Origin: Lama guanicoe
Taxonomy: Eukaryota
Length of the DNA stretch: 64,000 nucleotides
Direction: 5' to 3'
Assembly: GCA_013239625.1 (NCBI GenBank)
Contig: MU053933.1
Coordinates: forward strand, 1 to 64,000
Shown here: positions 52,786 through 64,000 of the stretch, piece after piece
Numbering within the stretch: the first letter of the stretch is position 1
How the letters are laid out: each line of letters starts with the position of its first letter
Notes under the pieces: generated by a model
Seen by the model: the letters and a program-made list of their open reading frames with translations, nothing else
Databases searched by the model: none
Told to the model about the DNA's origin: nothing
Program-made: the position numbers and the translations under genes

Positions 52786-54532
52786 CACTTAAGATCTAAA
52801 TACACACTCATTCCTTTTTTCATTGGTGTTTAGAAGCTATAGCTACTTCAGTGAATCTGTCCTTTAAAATATCAAAACTGAAATCACCAACGCCCCACGC
52901 CCCATGCCCCACACAGCTCACTGTCCACATTAACAAGGCTTTACTTCCTCTGCCTTCATTAGCATGACCCTGCTACTCCAGAAGGCCCAGGCAAACGACT
53001 CCATTATTTATTACAGAAATCCCCCGAAGGCCCACCAGCTCTTCAATGGAAAGTACCAACCATTCGTGCCCTAAGGTTCTTTGAAGCCGTGCCTCAAACT
53101 CCTGGCCTGGCTCTTCTCACCAGTCCGGCTCTGGTCCTGTGACCCACAACCAACCCTAATCTCACCCGTCTCCACCCCCAGCCCCCACCCCCTGAAAGCC
53201 CCTCCTTAACCCAGCCTTCCAGGCCTCTGCAGACCCCGCCTTCGCCGTGACTAGTGAGCTAGGCTTTGTCCTGCTGGGTGAGCAGTGTTGGGGGAGCCTG
53301 CACCTGACAACAATGGGTCGATTTTGTGTAGATGGTGATAAATTACTCAATACAGCTAATAAAGAAAATTAAACAGCAGTCATGTTGCCCGTTGTAAAAG
53401 TCTTTCAGCTCTGGGTACGAAAAAATCTACTGTAAAACAGTGAATTACTCTGACGTAAAAAAGGAAGACAACAGCAATCTCATTTCTCTTTTATCAACTG
53501 CTTCCTTGAAAAAGTACAGCTCCCAGTCCCCCCAGTAACCCTGGGGCAGTGCCCTGGGAGGGACTGGGGGTGGCCCCCCAGTGACCTAGGGTGCGGGGGT
53601 GGGGGTGGGAGTGGGAGCACGAGCCTGCGCTGAGGATGAGGACTAGGGAGTCCGGGGCCACCCGGGGGTTGGGGGAGCACCCCAGGCCTCCAGGAAGCCC
53701 TGCGGGCAGGGCTCTGGGGTCAGCACTCCTGCCTCTAACGGCTTCCGTAACCTCAGAGGCAAATTGCTCAGCTAGTCCCTTTGTCCATAAAACAGGCGCA
53801 ATAACACATTTCTAGGTTGTGGAGAATCAGGCTAACCAATGAATAAGGAGAGACTTTGCCAACTGGGGAGAGCCAGGCAAATACAAGTTTTCATTTTTTT
53901 CCAAAGAGTGGAGAGTTCAGACAACTCTCAAACCCAAGTAGGTCTGGGATGGGCTGGACAGAGACATCCAGGCCTAGGTTGTCCTGTGCGGCTGTGCAGG
54001 TTGTGGACTGCACAACTCCTGGGGGTGCCTTTCACATCTGCAGTCATGAGGGATGTGGGTCTTTCAGGTGGGAGTTTCCAGCAGGTGCCAAGAAGTGTCT
54101 TGTGGAAAGGGGCACTTATCCTATTTCCCCTGAAAGTGCTGAACAAGCTCGAGGTGAGACTGCCTGTCTGTGTTCATCTTGTGAGATGGGAGGAAGGACC
54201 TCTACAGCGGTGCTCTCCTCTGCATGGCTTTCAAGGTTAAATTAGTTTTGTGTCCTAATTGTTCTTTGACTTTATGACTTGAGACCAGAAGGAAAGCCAC
54301 TTTAGCTTGATCTAGAACAAGGCTCTCAATTGGTTGTAGTGGCCAAACGAGGTCTGTATGACATGTCTTAGCAGAAACATGGAATTCTAAAAGCATTTTG
54401 AACCAACATTTTTAAAACGGAAGATGTCACATAAAATCCAGCTTTCCAGCTCCTCTTTAAGACTTGGAAGACCTGGCTGACCGGACTCACAACTTTCAGA
54501 TGGAGCCGGGGCAGCCCCAGCAGCCCTGCAGC

Positions 54533-54940
54533 TGCAGACTTACGGGAAACGCACAGCACGTAAGAGCTGTGAGTTTAAGTTGTATTTGGGGACTTACTGA
54601 AGACTATAGCCTGGGAGACAGCCTCTCAGTGACACTGAGATGACTACTCTGAAGAGGTGGGGGAGAAGCCAGTTTATACAGGACTTTTTTTTTCTTTTTT
54701 TTTTCTTTTTGGCTAGGAATTCATGCAGTCAAGCATACACCTGGGTAAAAGATTACTGCTGGTTCCAAAAAACAGGTATCTCGAGTTAATGATGTGAGTG
54801 CTTTTTGATGTGTGGGAGAAGCAGGGAACCGGGTCATTGAGATGCTTCCTGAGATATGCATCTAATGATGCCGGGGACCCGCTTGTCCACAGCACAGAGG
54901 GCCCCTTCTGTTAGTGCCTTGATTTTCCCTCAGTGCCCAT
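54533..54940 (-). mobile_element. ERV1-like solo LTR (more diverged relative of the 59.5/61.2/63.7 kb copies)
   Basis: Shares gaagaggt(g/a)ggggagaagccag..tatacagga, aaaagattactg and caggtatctc.agttaa blocks with the other copies. Confidence 0.65.
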
Positions 54941-55960
54941 TTGGCAGGTACCACGGTGGGTCACGCCTCAGTCCCGGTAGAACTGGGCGCTGAGCGACAC
55001 TCTTTGGTCTCCTTTGTTGATGTGGGCATCTGCGTGGCCAGCCCTGGCATGGGACACGCTTGGAACCACTGTATGAGCTTTCCCAGAAGGTGCTGGATCT
55101 GGTCCATGCCGCGTGCCCTGCAGCCTGTTCCCGAGACCCTGTCTCACTGGAGGCTGAGGTCAGAAGCTTCTGCCAAGCAAGCAAAACCTCCCCACCTTCC
55201 TCTGTGCTCCCTCCTGGCTTCTGCCTGTGCTCTGTGGGGCGCTGCCAAGTTTACTGAACCCCCGCCAGGCCCGTGCTGGGGGCTCGGAGACCGCGGCTGC
55301 GAGTCCTTGTGCAGCTTCTGGTCCAACAGAAAAGCAGAAACAAACAATAAACACGTAGGGTCAGATGGGGCTAAGTGCTCCAGGGCAGGGGGTGGGGACA
55401 GAGCGATGATAGGAGGGGGTCCTCCTCACACAGGAGTGGGGGGCGGCCCCCAAAAGAGGCGGGAGGGGAAACAGGTGCACCTGAGCGGAGGAAGGACTTT
55501 CCCGGGGCAGCAGCTCTAGGGCGTGTGGGGAAGGAACCAGAGGTGTCAGAGACCAGATAAGAGATGGAAATGAAGGCAGTGGGACTGGGGCAGATTGTCG
55601 AAGGCCTTGGGGCAACCCAGAGAATCTTGGCTTGTTTTCGAGTAGTTGGAAGGCCGCAGAGAGATCACAGGGCCGTCGGAAGGAAGGCGCACTCTGCTCC
55701 CCGCTGCGACAGGAGCGTGCAGCTGGCGCACCACGCGGTGAGGAGGGCCCACAGGAGGGTGCGTTCCACGGTGTCCTGGCAGCTGGGACGCTGCGGGACT
55801 GACAGCAGCGGCATTAATGAACTGGATGGGGGCTGAGAGCAGGGAGCCAGAGAGGACCCCGAGGGTTTAGTCCAAGCAGCTGGGGGACTGGAAGTGCCGG
55901 TTACGGAGATGGGGACGCAGACGTGGGAGTGACGAAGAACGTGGTCTGGGGCAGGCTGAC

Positions 55961-56358
55961 TGTGAGCAGCTGTGTCCCTCCCCAGTTCATCTGGTGAAGC
56001 CCTAACCCCCAGGATCTCAGGATGTCCCACATTTGGGGGTAGAGCCTTAAAAGAGATGATTCAGCTAAAATGAGGCATTTTGGGTGGACCCTAATTCTAT
56101 CTGACTGGCGTCCTTACGAGAAGGAGAGCTTGGACACAGAGAGACAAAAAGCATGTGTGCCAACAGAGGGAGGACCGTGGAAGGGCACATCGAGAAGATG
56201 GTCATCTGAAAGCCAAGGAGGGGGCCTCAGGAGAAACCAAACCGGCCAACACCTTGACCCTGGGCTTCTGGCCTCCAGAACTATGAGGGGGGAAAATGTG
56301 TTGTTTAAGGCCCTCGCCTGTCTTGGCATTTAGTCAAAGCAGCCCCAGGAAACAGACA
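55961..56358 (+). mobile_element. MLT1-family MaLR solo LTR
   Basis: gaagccctaacccccag...ttaaaagagatgatt..ctaaaatgagg...ccttgaccctgggcttctggcctccagaactatgag. Confidence 0.8.
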
Positions 56359-57608
56359 CGGTTGCCAGTTAAGCCCCTCAGCGGAGATGATGTGTTAAGC
56401 CCCTCAGCTGAAGGAAGGGAGACACGAAGTCGGGGCCACGAGCAGAAGGTGGTGTGGAGAGAGAGCCAGGGATCTAGGCAGGCCCCCAGGAAGGGAGTGT
56501 CCCCCGCAGATGGAGCTGGGGCAGGGCTGGGGGAACCCAGAAGGAGGGAGAGAGGGCACAGCCTGGGATGTGGGCAGGAGCGACCAAGGGGCGAGAGGGC
56601 CTGGGAGGCTGAATGAAGGTGGGATCCAAGCAGAAGCAGCAGCTGGCCTGTGATGTGAGGGAGGACCAGGCTGCACCCTGGCTCCATCCAGGGACCACGG
56701 CCAGGGTGATTCCTGTGGACCGAGGGGGACACAAACCCCAGTGCTGGGGAGTCGAGAGAGAGTGAAAGGGGAGGCGGTGACACTCCATGCCTTTTGGAGG
56801 CAAAATATTAAAGCCCATCCAAGAGTGGGGGATTTTCTTCTCCGTTATTTACAGAAGGAAACCCAGCCGAGGGCTGGCTCTCCCTGCGGGCATCACCCTG
56901 CATCACACGCAGCCCTGTGTGTGCCTGTGGGGAGGTCTCCCTGCAGAAGCTGGTCCTTCTGGAAAAGACTGTCTGCTCCCTCAGGGAACCGCCGTGTGTC
57001 CCTCGATGCCCGCAGTTTCCAGGAAGCTTGGAAACGAATTTTCTGTGCTCCCCTCTGTGGTCAGCGTGCTTTGTCTTGTTCCTTGTTCATCCTTCTCGTT
57101 TGTTTACTTTAGTCACCTGATTGCTTATGTCTTTTGGGGTTTTTTGCAATCTTGCACCCAAATTTTGAGACAGCACTTATAAATGAATCCGAGTGAATAA
57201 AACACCCATGCAGTCTTCCCAGGCCTCCGTGCAGGGATGCCCAGTCCTGGATTTTTTTTTTTCAAGGTATGTTTCAAAATCATAATGGCGACATTAAATT
57301 CTCAACTTTTCCAACCAAATGAATCCACTCACGTCAAACTAAAATTTTAAAAATAGATACCATGCAGCCCCATAGAAAGAAAGGCACAAATCTGAAGACT
57401 AGCTGGGGACAAGGACTCCCTGCTGGTGGCTGCCTCCGTGGCCCTGCGCGCTGGGAACGGGGTCCCACGCAGAGAAAGGGCAAAACTGGCGAAACCTGCA
57501 AAACCATGGCACTTGCTACTTAGGGTGCCGGAGGGTAACCGGTCCGCACCAGGAGCCTCAGACCCTATCCGGAGAAGGTGATCAGCAGTGTCTACAGCAG
57601 GAAGTTGA

Positions 57609-57683
57609 GGGGAGACAGTGTAGCTCATGCTCAGCATGCAGCAGGTCCTGGGTTCAATCCCTAGTACCTCCATTTAAAAAATA

Positions 57684-57732
<49 letters not shown>

Positions 57733-57782
57733 CCTAATTACCTCCCCTCCCACAAAAAGCAAAACAAAAAGACAAAAAAAAG
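57609..57782 (+). mobile_element. Camelid SINE whose tail has expanded into (TAGA)12 at 57685-57732
   Basis: gcatgcagcaggtcctgggttcaatccctagtacctcc, (TAGA)12, then cctaattacctcccc and an A-rich tail. Confidence 0.85.
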
Positions 57783-58947
57783 AGGAAGCTGAAACAACCC
57801 CCATTTAGACAAGGGCACAGCGTATACAGCAGGCCCTACAGCCCAGCCCTCCCCCCGCCCCGTCCCCCGCCTCCCCTGCAGAGGGAAGTTCCTCTCTTTC
57901 TCAGCAAATTCTCTCCTCTCTTCTTTTTACAGCCTTTCAAAAGTGTGCTCTCCAAATAGTTCTCCTAAGGATTTGGGCTTTTGGACTAAAAGAGCCAGAA
58001 AGACCCATTCTTGGTCCTTTCTGGCAGACCCTCCATCTGCCACCCCAATCTCCAGAGAAATAAAAGTCCGGGGCCAGCGGGCAGAGGGGAAGTGTAAGAA
58101 AAGCTGTTAGCAACTGGTTTTGAAAGTTCTCCGGCCACCTACGAAACTACGGCTAAAACCCCTGCAAAGGACAAGGTGACTTTGCAGACTTGTTTGTAAT
58201 GGTGAGATTTCATGAGCACAACAGGATTTTAAAAGCATTTGTTGTCCCTACATAGATGGCAAGGAGGTGACCCAAGAACTTGAATATTATAAAACAATCG
58301 CTTGCTGACAGTTAACACCGTAGCAGGCAGTTCAAAGCGGATCTGAGCATAGGTGTTCAGTGCCCCCATTTAAGGGAGAAAATGGCTCGAAACCAGTGAG
58401 ACTTTATCTAACTCCAATTAAAAGTGCAAAACCGGCTAAAACAAGCAAACAGACAAACGAAACAGAAGAACGTGTCACTCAGAAGAAGGGTGGGTCAGCC
58501 CGGAAGCTTGGAAGAACGCCACCACAGAGGTCCTGTGTGTGTAGGTGTAACAGCTCCCGAATTCTCAAGTTTCATTCTAATATAAGACTCACCCCAAAAC
58601 CCTGAATTTAAAAGAATGCAAATTTCTGGGCTGCGCCTCCAAGAGCCCGCTTTGGTGGTTCTGGGGTGGAGCTGACACTGGTGGTCTGGACCACACTCTG
58701 TACCCTCTCCCGGTCGCCCCTGCTTTTATGGGATGTGACGCTTCTCTGAGGGGTTCTCCTTTAGAGGGGTCTCAGTCTGGAAGGGTGAGGGGTAGCTCCG
58801 CCTGTGACTTCACCCGGGGGCGTCCTCCTGTCTTCCGTGGAGATCACCTGGACCATCCGTGCCCCAGAGCCTGCTCTCCTGCTGGCTTTCTTAATTTAAA
58901 AGTTAAAATCTCCAGAAAAGAAGGGACACCTTCAAGGTGACTCACAG

Positions 58948-59276
58948 GTGCTACAGACTAGATGCTTGTGCGCCTCCAGACTCATGTGCTGAGACCCTAC
59001 CCCCAGTGTGATGGTGTGTGGAGATGGAGGCTTTAGGGGGTGATTAGGTCATGCGGGTGGAGCCCCCATGAACAGGATTAGTGTCTTCTCGGAAGAGACC
59101 CCAGGGAGCTCCCTGGTCCCTCGGGCCACATGAGGACGCAGTGAGAAGACAGCCAGCTACACACTGAACACAAGGCAACTTGATCCTGGTCTCCCAGCCT
59201 CCAGAGCTGAGAGAGGTGTTTGCTGTCTGAGCCGGGCTGCGCTATTCAGGTTATAGCAGCCTGAATGGATGAAGAA
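58948..59276 (+). mobile_element. MLT1A-like MaLR solo LTR
   Basis: gtgattaggtcatgcgggtggagcccccatgaacaggattagtg...ccagcctccaga...gttatagcagcctgaatgga. Confidence 0.8.
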
Positions 59277-59515
59277 AATAAGTTTAGTTTTTTTTTTTTT
59301 TTAATTTCTCAGATCTACCATATGCTCTGCTCTTCAATGGTGCTTCCTGAATGTGATCTGCTCGGATTCTGGGAACAAGGCTGGGAGTTAAGTGCCACGA
59401 GCCCTGCTTGACAGACGGGGTGGGGTTGGGGCATCTTGTTCGGAGCTGCAGTGTGGTCAGGGCTGGGGTGGGGTGGGGTGGGGTGGACTGGAGTCCATGC
59501 CCACTGGGCGTCCTT

Positions 59516-59885
59516 TGTCCACTTAAAAAAAGTGCACAACCTAAAAGTTGAGACTTAAGTTTTATTTGGTGGATGTTCTGAGGACTCCAAGCCCGGGAGA
59601 TGGCTCTAGGGGCCTGCTTGCTCCAAAGAGGTAGGGGAGAAGCCAGGATATACAGGAGTTTTTGCAACAAAGACCAAAATCAAAAGATTACTGTTAATTA
59701 AAGACAACCAGACATCTCAAATTAAGGAATTTGGTGCTTTTCTGTGTCTGGGAAGGTGCAAAGATCTGGGCTCAATGAAATCATTCCACTGATGTGCAGC
59801 TAGCTGTCTAGGGCCAGTGCCCTGTCCTTTTCCATCCTGGGTCCCCATAGTTGGCACACTGGGGGCGGCTGCAGAGGCTGAGGGA
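59516..59885 (-). mobile_element. ERV1-like solo LTR
   Basis: tgtccact...cacaacctaaaagttgagacttaagttttatttggtgg; minus-strand AATAAA and TATA-like element; homologous to 61210 and 63701. Confidence 0.75.
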
Positions 59886-61209
59886 TCTCGTGAGCCAAGG
59901 AGTTGCTGTCCAGGTGGGTGAGATGCGGGGAAGGCAGCAGGAGGCACCTTGCCTGGAGAAGGTGGCAGCACAGCTGGGCCCAGGCCTGAGCCCCAGAGGC
60001 CCTCCTCTGCCCTCAGCAGGCCCAGTAGGGCAGAGAGCCGGGCGCTGGCATCTCCAAGTTTAGTCTGCTCTGCAGAGGGAGGGCTAGCCAGGTTGGTAGC
60101 AGACGCATGTGGTGTGGTCACCTGTCCTATTTGGGGGCTGGGTTGACATCTGGGAGGCTGGATGGGGAGCTGGTAGACCTGGGGACTCAGCAAGAGGCTC
60201 AGGTGAGCCCTGATCCTTCTGCGTGGCCGTGTCCACAGCCGGGGTGCTCGCAGGAGGGGCCCAGGCGGCACCCAGGACCGGTTTCTGTTCCTCCAGGGGC
60301 GGACTGGGTGGTTTGTGAATGGTCTTCCCTCCTGTCTCACTAGTTACACCAGGAAGCTTTCCTCCTCTTCCCACTCGCCTGTCCTGCCTGGTTTGTCCAG
60401 TTGGACCAGAAACTGCAGAGACAATTAACCCCTGGGGCTCAAGGGCTTCTTTCCCTGGGACTGGAGGCCAGAAGTTGCCTTGAGCACATCTCGGCTGTCT
60501 GTCACTGAGACTCCAGACCAGGCCCCTCACTGGACAGATGAGCATCCAGGCCAGTTAATCTGGGTTTGGGCTCCAGGCTCCCCTGGTGTCTGGCAGGGTG
60601 GCTGCCTGCCAGTGATCGTGTCTAACCCTGAAAGGGAGGGACTTGGCGATGTGCCCATCCTACATCACTGCACCAACGGGCCCAGGAAATGATGGATCTG
60701 GAAGTGATTTGAAAAGAGAAAAGAAGCACAAAACCACTGCAGAGATCCAAACAAAACCATAACCCAAACCGGCCGGGACCGGCAACTGGGGCCTGTGGGA
60801 AACCTGGTTTTATTTGGTGTCGCTTGTTCAAGCTCTTCTTCTAGGTCAACAATAGCAAAACAAACCAGTATTTACACAGGACCCGGGAGCCTAGCACTGC
60901 TGAAGCGGGGTGGGGAGGGGTGCGATGCATATCTGCAAGAGCGCCTACAAGGGCCAGAGCCGCACTGCACTGAGGCTGAAGCTTACCTGTCTTGGAAAAA
61001 TCCTCTTTAAGGTGTAAAATACAAAATCATCACTCCAAGAACAGATCAAAAGGAGACGGCTATTTGAAATGAGAATCCACAGTAAACTGCAAATTCTCAA
61101 CCGCTAACATTCCCACCATATCACAAATTCAGAAAAAGAACCTAACAGTTGTATTAATTCTATTGTAACTTTTAAACTACATTTTGGGGGTACACACTCT
61201 GTTTACTTC

Positions 61210-61643
61210 TGTCAACTAAGATAAACGCGCAGCCTAAGAGTTGAGACTTATGTTTTATTTGGTGGGAGGACTCGAGCCGGGATGACGGCTCTGAGGGACT
61301 GCTCCGAAGAGGTAGGGGAGGAGCTGGGATATACAGGAGCTTTACAACAAAGACCAGGTAGTTGGAACAGTAAAAGGTTACGTGTTATCTAAAGAAAAAC
61401 AGGCATTTCAAGTTAAAGAATTTAGTGCTTTTCTATGTATCAGAGGAAGCAAACATTTGGGCTCATTGAATTCAATGTCCTGTCCTTTCTTATTCTGAGT
61501 CCCCTCAGAGAGCACCAGTGTGAGTGGCTGCAGAGGCGGGGCTGCAGGCCTGTCTTCACGGGGGGGGGGCGGCAGCGGCTGATGACTTGATGGCTTCAGT
61601 ATTCTCTGTTTACTGATATGGCTTGCGGTATTTTTCGTTCACA
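61210..61643 (-). mobile_element. ERV1-like solo LTR, apparently full length
   Basis: TG...CA termini with near-matching 4-bp flanks (cttc/ctta); minus-strand AATAAA at about 61255-61260; homologous to neighbouring copies. Confidence 0.8.
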
Positions 61644-63019
61644 CTTACGAGAACAATTTAAAAATAGGCTTTCTGTGGAGAGGATGGAAGGGACCCTCTG
61701 CCTTTCCTCACTTAGCGGGGAGCTTCTGGCCCCGTACGTCTAGAACCTTTGCTCCACTGCACTCTGCAGTCGCAGGGCGCCAGGCACCCCAGCACACACA
61801 GCGCTCATGTCACAAGGAGACGCCTGCCCTGCATCCCTGCCCCCAGCCGGCCCTGTGGGCAGTAGGGCATTTGGGGAAGCCATTCCCACACCTCACCGTT
61901 AACAGCAAATTAGCTACACATGAGGCAGACAATGTAACATTTACGCATCCCAAATGAAATGTACCCTGGACTCAGGACTCAGCTTCCCCTGAACACCCAT
62001 CCAAATAGGACGCCCGCAGAGGCTGCGGCATCAGCAAGAGAACAGGAGGAGCCCACGAGCAGAGAGACGGTAGCCCCGGTCCTCAGGGCTGCAGTCATGA
62101 CATCTTACTTGTGTAGTGTTTGCAAAGGGTTGTGGTCACATGAGCACCACCCTCCCAGGGGCCCGAGGCTCCCACCTCCTTAGCATCCAGGAAAACCCCT
62201 GCTCTGAGTTCCACGGTCCACGGCGACCCTCTGGGACCCAGCCTGGCCTCTCGGCAGGTGAGCTTTGGCACGAGGACAGACGCTTAGCCAGCACAGGCCT
62301 GCTGGGAAGCGACCTGTACACTCCAAGCCCTTCCAGCTGCCTCTGCAGATGCAGGGAGCCGGTACCAAACACAAATCCGCCATCAGCTGGGCCTGGGATT
62401 CTCTGCAGCCTCTTTGTGTTAGTTTAGAAGAAAGGCACTCGGGCTCATTGTCTTGCTCTCCTGCTGCGAAGGAACGGCCCTCAGGTCTTAAGCCTCCAGA
62501 GTTTTCGGCCTGGCCTGTAGGGAGGATGGAGCCGTCACCTACTGAGATAAGAAGGGGAAAGTTTGTGGGGAGATGACTGGCTCAGGTTTGGACAAGTTCA
62601 ATCCGAGACGCACGCTTGACACCCAGATGGAGACGTCAGAAAGGGAACTGAGAACCTGAGGGGGGCTGGGGCTGGGGACAGAGGGCTTCGCTGGAGGGGA
62701 GAGGCGGGAGTCACTCGCACACAGAAGCCGAGATGGAGACGTCTGAAGCCTGCGGCTGGGTGGGCGGAAGCCCGGGAGGAGCCCGGGGGCAGCAGGGAAT
62801 CTGCAAAGGGGCAGGAGGAAAGCCCGGCAAGGTGGGGCTGGGGACTGAGTTGTGCCCTCCCCCAAGTTCCCAGGCTGGAAGCCCTAAGCCCCACCCCCCG
62901 CCCCCACCCCGCCGTAGATGATTTTATTGGAAGGTAGGGCTTTAGAGAGAAGATTCTGGTAAAAGAGGCCCGCGTCCACCCTGACTGGTGTCCTCACAGG
63001 GAGAGGAGACGTGGCCCTA

Positions 63020-63360
63020 CAGGGCCCCCGGGCTCGTGCGCGGACGGAAGGCCACGCAGGGGCGGAAGCTCGTCCCTTCTTCCCTCCTCAAGTCTTTGGG
63101 CTAATAATTAAATTGACGTAAGGCAGACCGACGGGAGGAGAACATCCACTTTGTATGTGCGGGACTCATGCAACTACGAGGCGCTGGGTCGTGGGGCCGC
63201 GCTCCGCCCCGCGGGTCAGGAAGCGCACCCCGCGCCGCGCCTGCGCGGGGGACCCGCCGGGGCCGCCTGCCCGCCCTCTGCCGCGCGGACGGGGCAGCCT
63301 ACCGGCCGCCGGGCTCCGAGCAGAAGTCGGGAGGAGGGCTTGAGGGAGCGGGAGGCCCTG
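63020..63360. promoter_or_regulatory. Small orphan CpG island
   Basis: Dense CpG block with ETS-like cggaag (x2), CRE-like tgacgtaa and GC box ccgccc. Confidence 0.55.
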
Positions 63361-63700
63361 GGGAAGGGAAGTGTGTTTAAATGCAGATGCCTTTTGTTGC
63401 ATTCGAAGGGGAAAGGCAGCTCCCTGCAGGCTTTCCTGGTGGGGGTGGAAGGACTCCAAGGACCCGGGGAGGGAGACGGGCGCCTGCTTCAGGGGTGATG
63501 GAGAGTCCCTGACGGCTCCTCGGCAAGGTGGCTGCCGAGGCTGTCAGAGTCTAGATCTTCGTCCCCTAAACTGGCTCCTTACTCGAACTGCTCTGTGGAG
63601 AATCAGCTGAATTCCCTGCCCCCTTCCACCTGCTGACTTCGCCCCTCCCCCACGTGCCGAAAGTGGGAGGAGGTGAAGGGTGCAGCTTCCAGCTTGGCTT

Positions 63701-64000
63701 TGTCGACTGAACCGAAAAAACAGCACAACCTAAAAGTTGAGAGTTACGGTTTATTCAGCGGACTTTCTGAGGACGCGAACCAGGGAGGCGGCCTCTCATC
63801 TCGCTCTGAGGGACGGCTCCAAAGAGGCAGGAGAGGAGCCAGGATGTATAGGAGGTTTTCAACAAAGACCAGGTAGTCGGAACATCAAAAGATCTCTGTT
63901 AACTCAAGAAAGCCAGGCCTCTCAAGTGAAGGAATTTAGCGCTTTTCTAGGCGTGGGAAGGTGCGAAAGTCCGGACTCACTGAAATCACTCCTTTGATGT
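63701..64000 (-). mobile_element. ERV1-like solo LTR, truncated by the window edge
   Basis: tgtcgactga...cacaacctaaaagttgagagttacggtttatt; homologous to 59516 and 61210. Confidence 0.75.

Overview
Mammalian genomic DNA, most likely a camelid judging from abundant tRNA-Ala-derived SINEs and the L1 3' ends. It contains the conserved convergent MX1 / TMPRSS2 gene pair. The + strand carries the last two coding exons and poly(A) signal of the interferon-induced dynamin-like GTPase MX1. The - strand carries a complete TMPRSS2 gene: 14 exons, 13 of them coding, all GT-AG, joining to 1479 nt = 492 aa with an intact H296/D345/S441 triad and R255-I256 activation site. Its CpG-island promoter lies at about 40.2-41.8 kb. 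The 22 kb upstream holds the probable orthologue of the androgen-responsive TMPRSS2 enhancer (about 50.5 kb), a cluster of co-oriented ERV solo LTRs and a small orphan CpG island. The rest is ordinary repeat-rich intronic or intergenic DNA with one 44-N assembly gap. I found no wholly new gene system. The best leads are regulatory or host-virus related: an overlapping uORF over the TMPRSS2 start codon, a back-to-back bidirectional poly(A) site, a CTCF + IRF + NF-kB module between the two genes, a diverged ARE, apparent loss of the long TMPRSS2 isoform, and substitutions at virus-facing residues of TMPRSS2 and MX1 loop L4. Comparisons with human sequences are from memory and need checking by alignment.
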